Origin: Candidatus Poribacteria bacterium
GTDB lineage: Bacteria; Poribacteria; WGA-4E; GCA-2687025
Length of the DNA stretch: 64,000 nt
Direction: 5' to 3'
NCBI GenBank assembly: GCA_963665845.2
Contig: OY762492.1
Location: 1,824,001-1,888,000, forward strand
The position numbers and the translations under genes were made by a program. Shown in pieces: positions 48,130 through 57,486 of the stretch (positions are counted from its first letter, which is position 1; every line of letters begins with the position of its first letter). The notes beneath the pieces were generated by a model. It was not told where the DNA came from. It searched no databases and saw only the letters and a program-made list of their open reading frames with translations.

Positions 48130-50298
48130 ATGCCAAAAACGCTGGTGATTGTGGAGTCCTCCGCGAAAGCCTCCACCATCGAAAAAACGCTGGGAAACGA
48201 TTATGTCGTCCGCGCCTCCAACGGGCATGTCTGGGACCTGCCCCGTTCCAAAGAGTCGGTCGATACCGAGAACAATTTTGAGCCGTCCTACGAGATCATC
48301 CAGGGGAAAAAGAAGGTTCTGAATTCGCTCGTCGCCGCCGCAAAAAAGGTGGACGAGGTGATTCTCGCGCCCGACCCCGACCGCGAAGGCGAAGCGATCA
48401 GCTGGCACCTTGCGCAGTCGCTGGAGCCGGCAAAGAAACCGATACGGCGCATCACCTTCAACGAAATCACCCCCAACGCGATACGCGCCGCCATGCAAAA
48501 ACCGCGCCAGATCGACGAAGACCTTGTCGAAGCGCAGCAGGCGCGCCGCGTCCTGGACAGGCTGGTCGGATACCGCATCAGCCCGCTGTTGTGGCGCGGC
48601 TTGCGTCCAGGCCTCTCCGCCGGGCGCGTTCAATCGGTCGCGGTGCGCATCATTTTAGAACGCGAAGAGGAAATCCGCGCGTTCAAACCTGAAGAGTACT
48701 GGACAATCTACGCGCATCTCAAAACGGATGGCGGGGACAAGTTCACTGCCCGTCTGTTCCGCATCGGCGACGAAAAGCCGACCTTTGGAACCTACGGGTT
48801 CGGCATCGACGAGGCGCGCGCCCAAGAGATCTGCGGGGACGCTAAAAAGCGGCAATTCATCGTCGACTCGGTCAAAATGCGGCAGCAGCGCCAGTCGCCG
48901 AGGGCGCCGTTCATCACCAGTTCGCTTCAACAGGACGCGAACAACAAGCTGCGTTTTCAGGCGCGGCGGACGATGCAGGTCGCCCAGTCGCTGTATGAAG
49001 GGGTTGACATCGGAACGGAGAAGATCGGTCTCATCACCTATCTGCGAACCGATTCGACGCGCGTCTCCAAGGAGGCGCAGGCGGAAGCGCGCGCGTTTAT
49101 ACATGAGCGGTACGGCAAGGAGTATGTCCCCGCCAAGCCTCCCGTCTACAAATCGAAGAAGCGGGCGCAGGACGCCCATGAGGCGATTCGCCCCACCTCC
49201 ACGCTGCGGACGCCCGACTCGGTCAAGCAGCATCTGAACGCTGATCAGTTCAAGCTCTATGACCTAATCTGGCGGCGTTTTGTCGCGAGTCAGATGGAGC
49301 GCGCCGTTCTGGACATCACGACCATCGACATCAAGGCGGGCGATTATCTCTTCCGCACAACAGGCTCGATTCTGCGCTTTCCCGGCTTTCGGGCGGTATA
49401 TATGGAGTCGGAGGAGAACGGGCAGAACGGCGATCGTCAACCGCTGCCGGATGTGAAAAAAGATGAGCGGCTGAATCTAGAAAAAATCGACCCGGAGCAG
49501 AGCTTCACCAAGCCGCCGCCCAGATACAGCGAGGCGACGCTGGTGAAGGAGCTGGAGGAGCGCGGCATCGGTCGACCCAGCACCTACGCCCAGATCATCT
49601 CCACCATTTTGAGCCGAAGCCGCAACTATGTTGTCAAGGAGAAGGGGCGGTTCAAACCGACCGATGTCGGCGAGCTGGTCACGCGCATGCTGATGAGCAG
49701 CTTTCCGAACATCCTCGACCCAGAGTTCACCGCGAAAATGGAGAACGAGCTGGATGAGGTCGAAGAAGGGAAGCGCAACTGGGTCGCCATGATGCGCAGT
49801 TTCTACGACCCGTTCACGGAAGCGCTGGAGGGCGCCGCCGACAAAATGTACGACGAGCGGAAGCGGCTTGAGGAGGTCACAGAGAACGAGTGCGCGGAAT
49901 GCGCCAAACCGCTCATCATTAAATGGGGCAAGTACGGGAAATTTATGGGCTGCTCCGGCTATCCCGACTGTACCTACACCGAGCCGCTGAACGGCAAGGG
50001 GACCGGTCCGGAGCCTGTTGCGCCGTGTCCGGTGTGCGAGAAAAATCAGCTCGTGGAACGGCGCAGCCGGCGCGGGCGCATCTTCTACGGCTGCAACGGC
50101 TACCCAGAGTGTGAGTTCGCCGTATGGGACCCGCCCGTTCTGGATAAGCCATGCCCAGAGTGCAACGCCCCGTTCTTGACGCTCCGCAAGACGAAAACGC
50201 GCCAGTACTACCTGTGCTACCGCCGGGACGAATGCGGCTACCGGACCGACCCGACGCCTGTCGAGGCGCAAGACGACGAACAAAACGCGGAATACTGA
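48130..50298 (+). CDS. topA: DNA topoisomerase I
   Basis: VIVES.AKA, DPDREGEAI, SAGRVQS, ITYLRTDS, GIGRPSTY, C-terminal zinc ribbons. Confidence 0.97.
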   Translation: MPKTLVIVESSAKASTIEKTLGNDYVVRASNGHVWDLPRSKESVDTENNFEPSYEIIQGKKKVLNSLVAAAKKVDEVILAPDPDREGEAISWHLAQSLEPAKKPIRRITFNEITPNAIRAAMQKPRQIDEDLVEAQQARRVLDRLVGYRISPLLWRGLRPGLSAGRVQSVAVRIILEREEEIRAFKPEEYWTIYAHLKTDGGDKFTARLFRIGDEKPTFGTYGFGIDEARAQEICGDAKKRQFIVDSVKMRQQRQSPRAPFITSSLQQDANNKLRFQARRTMQVAQSLYEGVDIGTEKIGLITYLRTDSTRVSKEAQAEARAFIHERYGKEYVPAKPPVYKSKKRAQDAHEAIRPTSTLRTPDSVKQHLNADQFKLYDLIWRRFVASQMERAVLDITTIDIKAGDYLFRTTGSILRFPGFRAVYMESEENGQNGDRQPLPDVKKDERLNLEKIDPEQSFTKPPPRYSEATLVKELEERGIGRPSTYAQIISTILSRSRNYVVKEKGRFKPTDVGELVTRMLMSSFPNILDPEFTAKMENELDEVEEGKRNWVAMMRSFYDPFTEALEGAADKMYDERKRLEEVTENECAECAKPLIIKWGKYGKFMGCSGYPDCTYTEPLNGKGTGPEPVAPCPVCEKNQLVERRSRRGRIFYGCNGYPECEFAVWDPPVLDKPCPECNAPFLTLRKTKTRQYYLCYRRDECGYRTDPTPVEAQDDEQNAEY

Positions 50299-50299
50299 T

Positions 50300-51301
50300 A
50301 TGCCGCTTCGAACCGCGCTTTTAGAGGTGAACCACTGGCACACGGGAATGTACGCCGAGGCGTTAAAAAACCTTGGCATCCCCGTCGCCGCCGTGAGCGA
50401 CGCGGACATCCATCGAGCGCGGGAATGGGCGGATCAGATCGGATGCCGCGCCTACGACTGCGCGGAGGAGCTTCTCGACAAGGAGTCGGTCGATTTCGTC
50501 TTTGCGCTTGCCCCGCATCATCGTATGTTTCCGCTGGCGTCTATGTTGACGAAGCGCGCCCAGCCCTTTTCCATGGAAAAGCCGATGGCGTTGAAGGCGG
50601 AGCGGCTCGCCGAGCTGGTGGAGCCGATGGAGCGCAGCGGCATGTTTGCTTCAGTCGCCTTCGTCCGCCGGTTGAGCGGATACGGCAAGGCGCTGCTGGA
50701 CAGGCGCCGGCAAATCGGCGCCGTCGGACATTTTCAGGGCAGATTCATCGGCGGACCGATGCAGCGGTATGTGGAGGACGGCTGCCCATGGATGCTGGAC
50801 AAGCAAGAGGCGGGCGGCGGATGCATGATCAACTTCGGTACCCACTTCTTCGACCTTTTCATTGAAATGACCGGCGAAAGGGTGGACCGCGTCTTCTGTC
50901 AAACAAGCCGACGCCTGCATGGCGCCTCCGCGGAAGATTTTTCAAGCGTCCTTTTAAAAACAGAATCGGGCGCCCTAGCGACGCTAGAATCCGGCTATCT
51001 CCTCCCAGGCGAACCGAAAGAAAACATGATCTCCGTCAGCGGCGCCAACGCCTACGCCGGCAACGAAGGCGCCCGATGGGGAGAAAAACCGATCATCGCG
51101 TATCGAAACGGCAAAACGGAGCGCATAACCGACCCAGAGCCGAACTACGCGGACTACACCGCCGACGTCCTCCGCCGATTCCAAGCAGATGAAAAACCGC
51201 TCGCCGGCATACGCGCCATGGTCCGTGTTCTAGCATGCGTCAACGCGGCGTATGAATCGGACGAAACAGGGGAGCCGGCGCAGCCGCCATGCTGGATATA
51301 A
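50300..51301 (+). CDS. Gfo/Idh/MocA family oxidoreductase
   Basis: MEKPM, AGGGCMINFGTHFFD. Confidence 0.88.
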   Translation: MPLRTALLEVNHWHTGMYAEALKNLGIPVAAVSDADIHRAREWADQIGCRAYDCAEELLDKESVDFVFALAPHHRMFPLASMLTKRAQPFSMEKPMALKAERLAELVEPMERSGMFASVAFVRRLSGYGKALLDRRRQIGAVGHFQGRFIGGPMQRYVEDGCPWMLDKQEAGGGCMINFGTHFFDLFIEMTGERVDRVFCQTSRRLHGASAEDFSSVLLKTESGALATLESGYLLPGEPKENMISVSGANAYAGNEGARWGEKPIIAYRNGKTERITDPEPNYADYTADVLRRFQADEKPLAGIRAMVRVLACVNAAYESDETGEPAQPPCWI

Positions 51302-51363
51302 GTAAACGCTTAAGCGAACGAATACGTTCAAACATAAACACGCGCAGATCAAGAGGTATTCCG

Positions 51364-52557
51364 TTGAAAAGCCGCATACGATTTATTTTCACGCCATTGC
51401 TCACCGCCGCTCTCCTGTGCTTCGGCGCCGTTCCAGAGGCGTTTGCCGGAGCCGGACGCCAAGCCGCGCTCTTTCTAGACTACCCGCATCGAAGCGTCCG
51501 CGCCGCCGGCCTCGCCGACACCTTTGTCACCGTCGACAACGACCCAGGATCGTCGTTGTGGAACCCCGCCGGGTTGAGCGCCATTCAGAAGACGACCGTT
51601 CTGATTGGTTACAACTCCCATAGCCAGGCGTTTGGAGAGGCGGGCGAGGGACTGTATTACGCGGTCGGCGCCCTCTCAACGCCTCTTGGAAACGGCGTTT
51701 TGAACGCGACGCTCCAGCTGAACGGGCAGGGAACCATCGACTACACAACCGACTCTCCCGACGTCCTGGATGTCGTGAACCTTGGCACCAACTGGGTTTT
51801 CAGCGCCTCCTACGCCGAGGCGTTGTCGGAGAACCTGCGCGCCGGCCTCACCGGCAAGATCATTCGGCAGGTTCTGGGCGCGGGGCTTGAAGGCGGGGGG
51901 CATTCCTCCACCTCTTACGCTTTGGACGCCGGCGTTCAGTGGGATGTTCTGGACAACAGGCTTACGACAGCGGCTTCCATCCTGAATTACGGCACGCGCG
52001 TTCAGTTTAAGGACGCGAATCAAAGCGACCCGCTGCCCCGAAAATTCCGCGCCGGCGCCTCCGTCCTGGCAATCAACATGCCGGGCGAGTTTGAAATGCG
52101 CGTCAGCGCTGAAATCGCCGCCGCCGTCGACGCCCTATCGCAGAACCGCGAAGCGGAAGATTTCGTCCTGACCGTCGATGAACGAATGGCGGAAGGCGCG
52201 GACGACGCGAACTCCAAATACGCCGACCGCTCAAGAGACGACGTTGAGGATGAGCTGATCCGTCAGCGCGGCATCGGCATCCACGCTTTTGGATGGGATC
52301 GGCTGGAGCGCTCCTTCGGAGCGGAGGCGGTCGTCGCGCGGATCCTGGCGGTGAGAGCGGGACTCAAGTGGCATGACGAAGGGGTTGAAATCGGCTCGCA
52401 GCTGGACATCATGGACAGGGCGGCGTTCGGGTTTGGGGTTGATCTAACCGCGGCGACGGGGCTTCCAATCGTTGTGGATTACGCAAACGGGCTTTGGGGC
52501 ACAGGCGGCCCGACGCGCGAACGCATCCACAGCTTCTCTCTTTCGCTCGGCTTGTGA
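51364..52557 (+). CDS. Second PorV/PorQ family outer-membrane protein
   Basis: LFLD....VRAAGLAD.FV...NDP....WNPAGL, A.DAG, SILNYG, DPLP.KFRAG, VDYA, HSFSL; start uncertain. Confidence 0.8.
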   Translation: MKSRIRFIFTPLLTAALLCFGAVPEAFAGAGRQAALFLDYPHRSVRAAGLADTFVTVDNDPGSSLWNPAGLSAIQKTTVLIGYNSHSQAFGEAGEGLYYAVGALSTPLGNGVLNATLQLNGQGTIDYTTDSPDVLDVVNLGTNWVFSASYAEALSENLRAGLTGKIIRQVLGAGLEGGGHSSTSYALDAGVQWDVLDNRLTTAASILNYGTRVQFKDANQSDPLPRKFRAGASVLAINMPGEFEMRVSAEIAAAVDALSQNREAEDFVLTVDERMAEGADDANSKYADRSRDDVEDELIRQRGIGIHAFGWDRLERSFGAEAVVARILAVRAGLKWHDEGVEIGSQLDIMDRAAFGFGVDLTAATGLPIVVDYANGLWGTGGPTRERIHSFSLSLGL

Positions 52558-52583
52558 GCTTTTTACAACGTTAAAGGAATCGC

Positions 52584-53258
52584 ATGATGGGGCGAATCGC
52601 CGCCGTTTTTCTAATCTGTATGCTGCTGGTTGCGCCGTCAGTCGTCCGCGCCGATGATGCGGCGACTCTGCCCGAATCGGACGCGGCGTATCTCGTACCA
52701 GGGACAAAATCTCCCAACCGCGCCTTTTTATATTCGGCGATCCTCCCCGGCGCCGGACAGCTTTACGCCGACGCCAACCGCGGCTTTCTTTACATAGCGG
52801 CGGAGGCGGCGCTCTTGACAGGCTACGCCGTAATCCGCCGTTCCGCCCAGCAGACGCGGGACGATTACTTCAACCTTGTCCGCGCCGGCGTCACCTTCGA
52901 AGGCCCAGGCTCCACCGACAACTGGAACGAAGAAGATTTTGAGCATGCCACCGATTTCAACACATGGGACAACATCTATGTCAACGACGGCGGAACGCCC
53001 ATTGAGCGCGTCGGGGCGTATTCATGGCGCGACCTGTCCGAAGCCGCCCCCGATTCGCAGCTGCGCAAGGCGGCTTTAGAAAAACGGCTGGAAAGCAACG
53101 ACCGCTTTAGAGACGCGCGGACGCTGCTGGGCGCGCTGCTTTTCAACCATCTCATCAGCGCGGTAGACGCGCGCTTCGCCGCCCGCAGCGGCCGTTCCGT
53201 TTCGGCGCGCCTGTTGCCGGACGGATCCTCGGCGCTGACGTTTCGCGCCTCGTTTTAA
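52584..53258 (+). CDS. DUF5683-like exported/membrane protein
   Basis: KSP..AFLYSAILPGAGQLY, NHLISAVDA, terminal F. Confidence 0.65.
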   Translation: MMGRIAAVFLICMLLVAPSVVRADDAATLPESDAAYLVPGTKSPNRAFLYSAILPGAGQLYADANRGFLYIAAEAALLTGYAVIRRSAQQTRDDYFNLVRAGVTFEGPGSTDNWNEEDFEHATDFNTWDNIYVNDGGTPIERVGAYSWRDLSEAAPDSQLRKAALEKRLESNDRFRDARTLLGALLFNHLISAVDARFAARSGRSVSARLLPDGSSALTFRASF

Positions 53259-53279
53259 AGAACATTGCCGCGTCTCGCT

Positions 53280-53650
53280 TGTCTGAACTAAGATTTTCAG
53301 GATTGAAAAGATGGACAAGAAGAGTGTTAGCCGCGACTAGAAAACCCCCTAGCCCCCTTTTCAAGGGGGAAGAGAGGCGCGCTCTACCCGCCGTCATTCC
53401 CGCGCAAGCGGGAATCTTAAGGCGCTGCAGAAACCGTCCGCCCGCCGCGTACGGCGGAAACCCCCCCAGCCCCCCTTTTCAAGGGGAGAGTCCAGAAACC
53501 CGCGCCCTATGCGCTGTCCCCGTTATCCCGCGCCATAAACCCCCCCAGCCCCCCTTTTCAAGGGGGAGTCTAGAAACCCGCGCCCTCTCCGCTGCCCCCG
53601 TTACCCCGCGCCATAAACCCCCTAGCCCCCTTTTCAAGGGCGAAGAGTCG
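53280..53650. repeat. Intergenic repeat cluster including about 78-bp tandem units
   Basis: Half 9-nt-periodic element; ATTCCC-N8-GGGAAT at 53396-53415; units start at 53458, 53537 and 53615, each with CCCC(C/T)AGCCCCC(C)TTTTCAAGGG. Confidence 0.85.
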
Positions 53651-53727
53651 CGTCAGATTCGCCCTCTTGATTCATGGCGCAAAATAAAGCATCCTATGCG
53701 CGAAACGAAACTCAACGGGAGCCGCCC

Positions 53728-54438
53728 ATGTTTAGACAAATCGAAGCCGCTTTAGTCGACTACAGCGGCTTAGGCGATCAGGCAATCGACCTTCTCAACG
53801 ACCGCATGCAAGATTGCTTCCGCGCCTGCGGCATTGGACGCGCCGCTTTCATAGGAGCCTGGATTCTCTTCACAGTTCGGGGCGAGCTGAAACAGGGCGG
53901 CCGTAAGCCGCCCCGAGGCGTCGAACTGAAACAGACCGCCTTTGAAGTCCGGCTCGGCAAACTGCAGTACGAAGGCGCAGGGTATGATCTGCTGGACGAG
54001 ATACTTGATCATTACGAGATGGAGGGGGATGGCGCCTATGTTTGGATCGTCCCGGACGGGTATATGGCGTCGCTGTCCGATGTTGAAAAAGTGTGGGAAG
54101 CGGAAGGCGGCGGCTATTTCTCGCATGAGTCGATGTGCGTCTTAAACACCTCCGACAAGCCGACCCGCTGCCGTCTGGAAGCGTTTTTTGAAGACACCAG
54201 CATCCCGCCTGTCTCGGTCGAGTTTGTCGTTGAAGCGAAGCAGTCGCTCCATTACCGCATCGATAAACTGAAACGGGAGGACGGAACCGATCTGATACCG
54301 AAGGACGCCCCCGTCAGCTACAAGATCACCAGCTTTGACAAACGAGTCGTCGTGCAGGGTTCCCGCATCCTGACATCAGGGCGCAGCTCTGAATTTGGAA
54401 GCTTTGGAACCGTCGTCGCATGGACGCCCGCCAACTAG
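53728..54438 (+). CDS. Protein with C-terminal sensory-rhodopsin-transducer (ASRT)-like domain
   Basis: VWIVPDGY, SHES.CVLNT.D, FFED, V.A....H.R, VVVQ.SR; GGAG RBS. Confidence 0.7.
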   Translation: MFRQIEAALVDYSGLGDQAIDLLNDRMQDCFRACGIGRAAFIGAWILFTVRGELKQGGRKPPRGVELKQTAFEVRLGKLQYEGAGYDLLDEILDHYEMEGDGAYVWIVPDGYMASLSDVEKVWEAEGGGYFSHESMCVLNTSDKPTRCRLEAFFEDTSIPPVSVEFVVEAKQSLHYRIDKLKREDGTDLIPKDAPVSYKITSFDKRVVVQGSRILTSGRSSEFGSFGTVVAWTPAN

Positions 54439-54447
54439 GAGAACAGC

Positions 54448-55518
54448 ATGGACGCCCCCATAGAGCAGCCCCGCGGATTTTCAATACCCCTCGTTGACCT
54501 CGACGCTCAAACGGAGCGGCAGGTCATCATCGACCGAGAGCCTGGACAGTATCTCGGCCATCCGACAACAGCCCTCCTCGGCGACGGCAGAACGATCATC
54601 GTCGTCTATCCAAAAGGGCATGGGCGCGGCGCGGTCGTCATGAAACGCAGCGAAGACGGCGGACTCACATGGAGCGAACGGCTTCCGACCCCCAAAAACT
54701 GGGAGACTTCCCAAGAGGTGCCGACGCTCTACCGCGTCCCAGACCCGTCCACAGGCGGAATGCGTCTCATCATGTTCTCCGGCATGAAACCGATCAAGAT
54801 CGCCTCGTCCGACGACGACGGCGACACCTGGACGCCGCTGGAGCCGATCGGCGACTTCGGCGGCATCGTCGCCATGGGCGATGTTGTGCCGCTCAAAGAC
54901 GGAACGCTCATGGCGATGTTTCATGACGACAGCCGCTTCTTCAAAGGAACAAGCGGCTTCACCGTCTATAAAACGCTCTCCAGCGACGGAGGGCGGACCT
55001 GGGGCGATCCGATCCCTGTGACGAAGCATCCGCAGGCGCATCTGTGCGAGCCGGGGGCGATTCGTTCGCCGGACGGGAATCAGATTGCGGTTCTGTTTCG
55101 GGAAAACAGCCGAACGCGCAACTCGTTCATCATCTTCACCGACGACGAGGGAGAGACATGGACGGAGCCTGCCGAACTGCCGGGCGCGTTGACAGGCGAC
55201 CGCCACGTCTGCCGATACGCGCCGGACGGGCGCATCCTGATCCAGTTCCGCGACACAACCCATGAAAGCCCGACCAAAGGCGACTGGGCGGGCTGGGTCG
55301 GAACCTACGAGGATTTGCTCACTCAGCGGGAGGGGCAGTACCGCATCCGCTTGATGGACAACACGCGCGGAGCCGACTGCGCCTATCCCGCTGTGGAGCT
55401 GTTGCCGGACGGAACGTTTGTGTCGGTCACCTACGGCCACTGGACGGAGGGCGAAAGCCCGTATATCGCCTCCGTCCGCTTCAAGTTAGAGGAGCTGGAC
55501 GCCTTAGCGAACCCGTAA
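54448..55518 (+). CDS. Sialidase-family (BNR/Asp-box) protein
   Basis: Asp-boxes SEDGGLTW, SDDDGDTW, SSDGGRTW, TDDEGETW; CEP; DCAYP. Confidence 0.88.
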   Translation: MDAPIEQPRGFSIPLVDLDAQTERQVIIDREPGQYLGHPTTALLGDGRTIIVVYPKGHGRGAVVMKRSEDGGLTWSERLPTPKNWETSQEVPTLYRVPDPSTGGMRLIMFSGMKPIKIASSDDDGDTWTPLEPIGDFGGIVAMGDVVPLKDGTLMAMFHDDSRFFKGTSGFTVYKTLSSDGGRTWGDPIPVTKHPQAHLCEPGAIRSPDGNQIAVLFRENSRTRNSFIIFTDDEGETWTEPAELPGALTGDRHVCRYAPDGRILIQFRDTTHESPTKGDWAGWVGTYEDLLTQREGQYRIRLMDNTRGADCAYPAVELLPDGTFVSVTYGHWTEGESPYIASVRFKLEELDALANP

Positions 55519-55521
55519 GGT

Positions 55522-56103
55522 TTACAGGTCGTTGGCGGCGCGTATCTCATCGATCGTGAAGCCGTAGTCTTCCCATGTGACGATGCGCCACTCCTGTTCG
55601 TTCGTCTCAGGGTTGACGCGCTTTTCGAAGGTGAAGACGCTGTCGCCTTCGGCGTAAGCGCCCGTATGCCCTTCTTCAAGCGTGCCTTCTGTGACGGTGA
55701 GCTGAAGGCGGTAATGGTTCCGCGCTTCGTATTTTGTCTTGTCGTCGTTCAACGCCGCGATTTCGGGCGGCTCCGAGATTTCGATTTCGATGTCTTGGAA
55801 CCTGTTGAAGACGCGGATGGCGGCTTCCCGCTCCTGGACGATGTCGTCAAAGATGACGTCGTCTTCAATCGCGTCGGTGCCGAGGTCGGCAGAGTACTGA
55901 AATCCGATGTCCCAGAACGCCGACATGTAAAGATCGACATCCTCGGTCATATATCCGCGCTGCCATTTTTCGCGCAGCACCTTGTTGATTTCGATCAGGA
56001 CAGGATCCTGATCAATCGGCGGTTCCACATCCCCGCAGCCGGCGGACAAGAGAGTTCCGCAGAGCAGGAATGCCAAACCAGCCCGAACCTGTACGCTTTT
56101 CAT
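55522..56103 (-). CDS. Lipoprotein, NTF2/SnoaL-like
   Basis: SAGC lipobox; W..GY.TED.DLYMS.FW; EWRIV.W.D end. Confidence 0.7.
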   Translation of the reverse strand: MKSVQVRAGLAFLLCGTLLSAGCGDVEPPIDQDPVLIEINKVLREKWQRGYMTEDVDLYMSAFWDIGFQYSADLGTDAIEDDVIFDDIVQEREAAIRVFNRFQDIEIEISEPPEIAALNDDKTKYEARNHYRLQLTVTEGTLEEGHTGAYAEGDSVFTFEKRVNPETNEQEWRIVTWEDYGFTIDEIRAANDL

Positions 56104-56295
56104 TTCGTCAAACCTTTCCGTGTGCGTGGAGGACGCTGCCTCGCTTCCATGACGTTGTTTCCGTTTTGCTGTTGGCAGTTTCGTTTTGAAACCTGAGTCC
56201 GCTCATTAAGAAAACGATCGCATTCCTCCGCTTGTGGTTCATCCATGACTTCATGCGCCGCGTTGAAAAGAAACGGTTCGCGCCGGCGATTTCAT

Positions 56296-56901
56296 CTAGT
56301 CCGCGTCTCCAGTCGGATCGCCGTAATCGTAATATTCTACAATGCGCCATTCCAGCTGGCTCGTTTCAGGATTCAGACGCTCCTCAAAAATAAACTGATT
56401 TTCGCCCGAACCATATACGCCGGTAGAACCGTCTTCGAAAACGCCGCCCTCTATATCTATAAAAAATTCATACCGGCTTCGCGCCTCATACCGCGTGTTC
56501 TCGTCGTTCAGGGAGAGAACCTCGGACGGCATTTCTATATCCAGATCGATACGAAATATATCGAAGAAGCGAATCATCGATTTTCGCTCCTGCGCAATGT
56601 CGTCAAAAACCACATCGTCGTCGGGATACGGCGTTCCGAGACTGGCGATATAGACAAAACCGTCCTCCCAGAAAGACGACATGTAAAGATCGATGTCCTC
56701 GGTCATGATGCCCTTCAGCCAGCGCTGCTGCAGAACGTCGTGGATCGCGTAAAGCGCAAGCGTATCCGGCGACAACGGAGTGACGGTTCGCTTCGTTTCG
56801 CAGCCGAGAGCGCAAAGGACGCTCCATGCCAGAACCGCAGCGGCGCCCTTGATATGCGCATTAAAATCGGAACTGGAATACGCCGCCAAGTTCTTCCCCA
56901 A
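56296..56901 (-). CDS. Lipoprotein, paralog of 55522-56103
   Basis: ALGC lipobox; TEDIDLYMSSFW, DDVVFDDI.QER, EWRIV. Confidence 0.7.
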   Translation of the reverse strand: MGKNLAAYSSSDFNAHIKGAAAVLAWSVLCALGCETKRTVTPLSPDTLALYAIHDVLQQRWLKGIMTEDIDLYMSSFWEDGFVYIASLGTPYPDDDVVFDDIAQERKSMIRFFDIFRIDLDIEMPSEVLSLNDENTRYEARSRYEFFIDIEGGVFEDGSTGVYGSGENQFIFEERLNPETSQLEWRIVEYYDYGDPTGDAD

Positions 56902-57415
56902 CCGAAAAGATCGTAAAATCGTTCATCTGTTCGCTCTCCTTCATGACGCGCTTTCCCAGAATTTCAGCGTTGCGAATGTTCGCGTCGATATAGGCGTCGA
57001 TCAGCCCGTACGCCCAGACGCCGATGCCGGCAAACAGAAAAAACTGGCTGATCTTATACCGCTCATTCACGCGGTTATAGACCGCCTTCGCGGTGGGCGA
57101 TGTGATCCCATGGTTCCGTATCGCCGGCAGATATTCGTTGTCGTACATATCCTTGAAGTTTGAGCGGGCGACCCACCATCCAGCGAACAGCCCGATCGTC
57201 GCGGCGCCAAAAAAGGAACCCTGCAGCGGCTCCCCGATGGCGAACTGCCCCCACCCCGGCAAAACGGCTGAACGCGCCATCGCGCTATACGGATGAACAA
57301 GCCGCAGGTCAGCCTCTCCCTCCTCGGCAAACGCAAACGTCGTCATAAAGCAGCACGCAAGCAAAACAGCGGCGGCGCGTCTCAACGGCTTATACTCCCG
57401 GCGTTTGATATTCAT
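56861..57415 (-). CDS. DUF5683-like membrane protein
   Basis: P..AM.RSAVLPGWGQF, WAYGLIDAYIDA, terminal FQFRF. Confidence 0.72.
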   Translation of the reverse strand: MNIKRREYKPLRRAAAVLLACCFMTTFAFAEEGEADLRLVHPYSAMARSAVLPGWGQFAIGEPLQGSFFGAATIGLFAGWWVARSNFKDMYDNEYLPAIRNHGITSPTAKAVYNRVNERYKISQFFLFAGIGVWAYGLIDAYIDANIRNAEILGKRVMKESEQMNDFTIFSVGEELGGVFQFRF

Positions 57416-57422
57416 ACCGCTC

Positions 57423-57451
57423 AGTTTAACGCCTCTTCTGCAGCCTGTCAA
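57423..57451 (-). promoter_or_regulatory. Sigma70 promoter, likely leaderless transcript
   Basis: TTGACA-17-TAAACT, 7 nt before the ATG at 57415. Confidence 0.65.
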
Positions 57452-57486
57452 CCTTTCTCCTTTGAAATCATTTCCCGACCGACCTC

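Noticed and set aside
53341-53650. Possible CRISPR array (regularly spaced CCCC..TTTTCAAGGG repeats)
   Set aside because: The intervening segments are similar to each other, the repeats vary in length, the motif is dispersed elsewhere in the window, and there are no cas genes
53279-53755. 158-aa ORF, and similar ORFs at 5342, 44938 and 46899
   Set aside because: They largely translate repeat DNA (VIPAQAGI, PPSPLFKG) or run antisense to real genes
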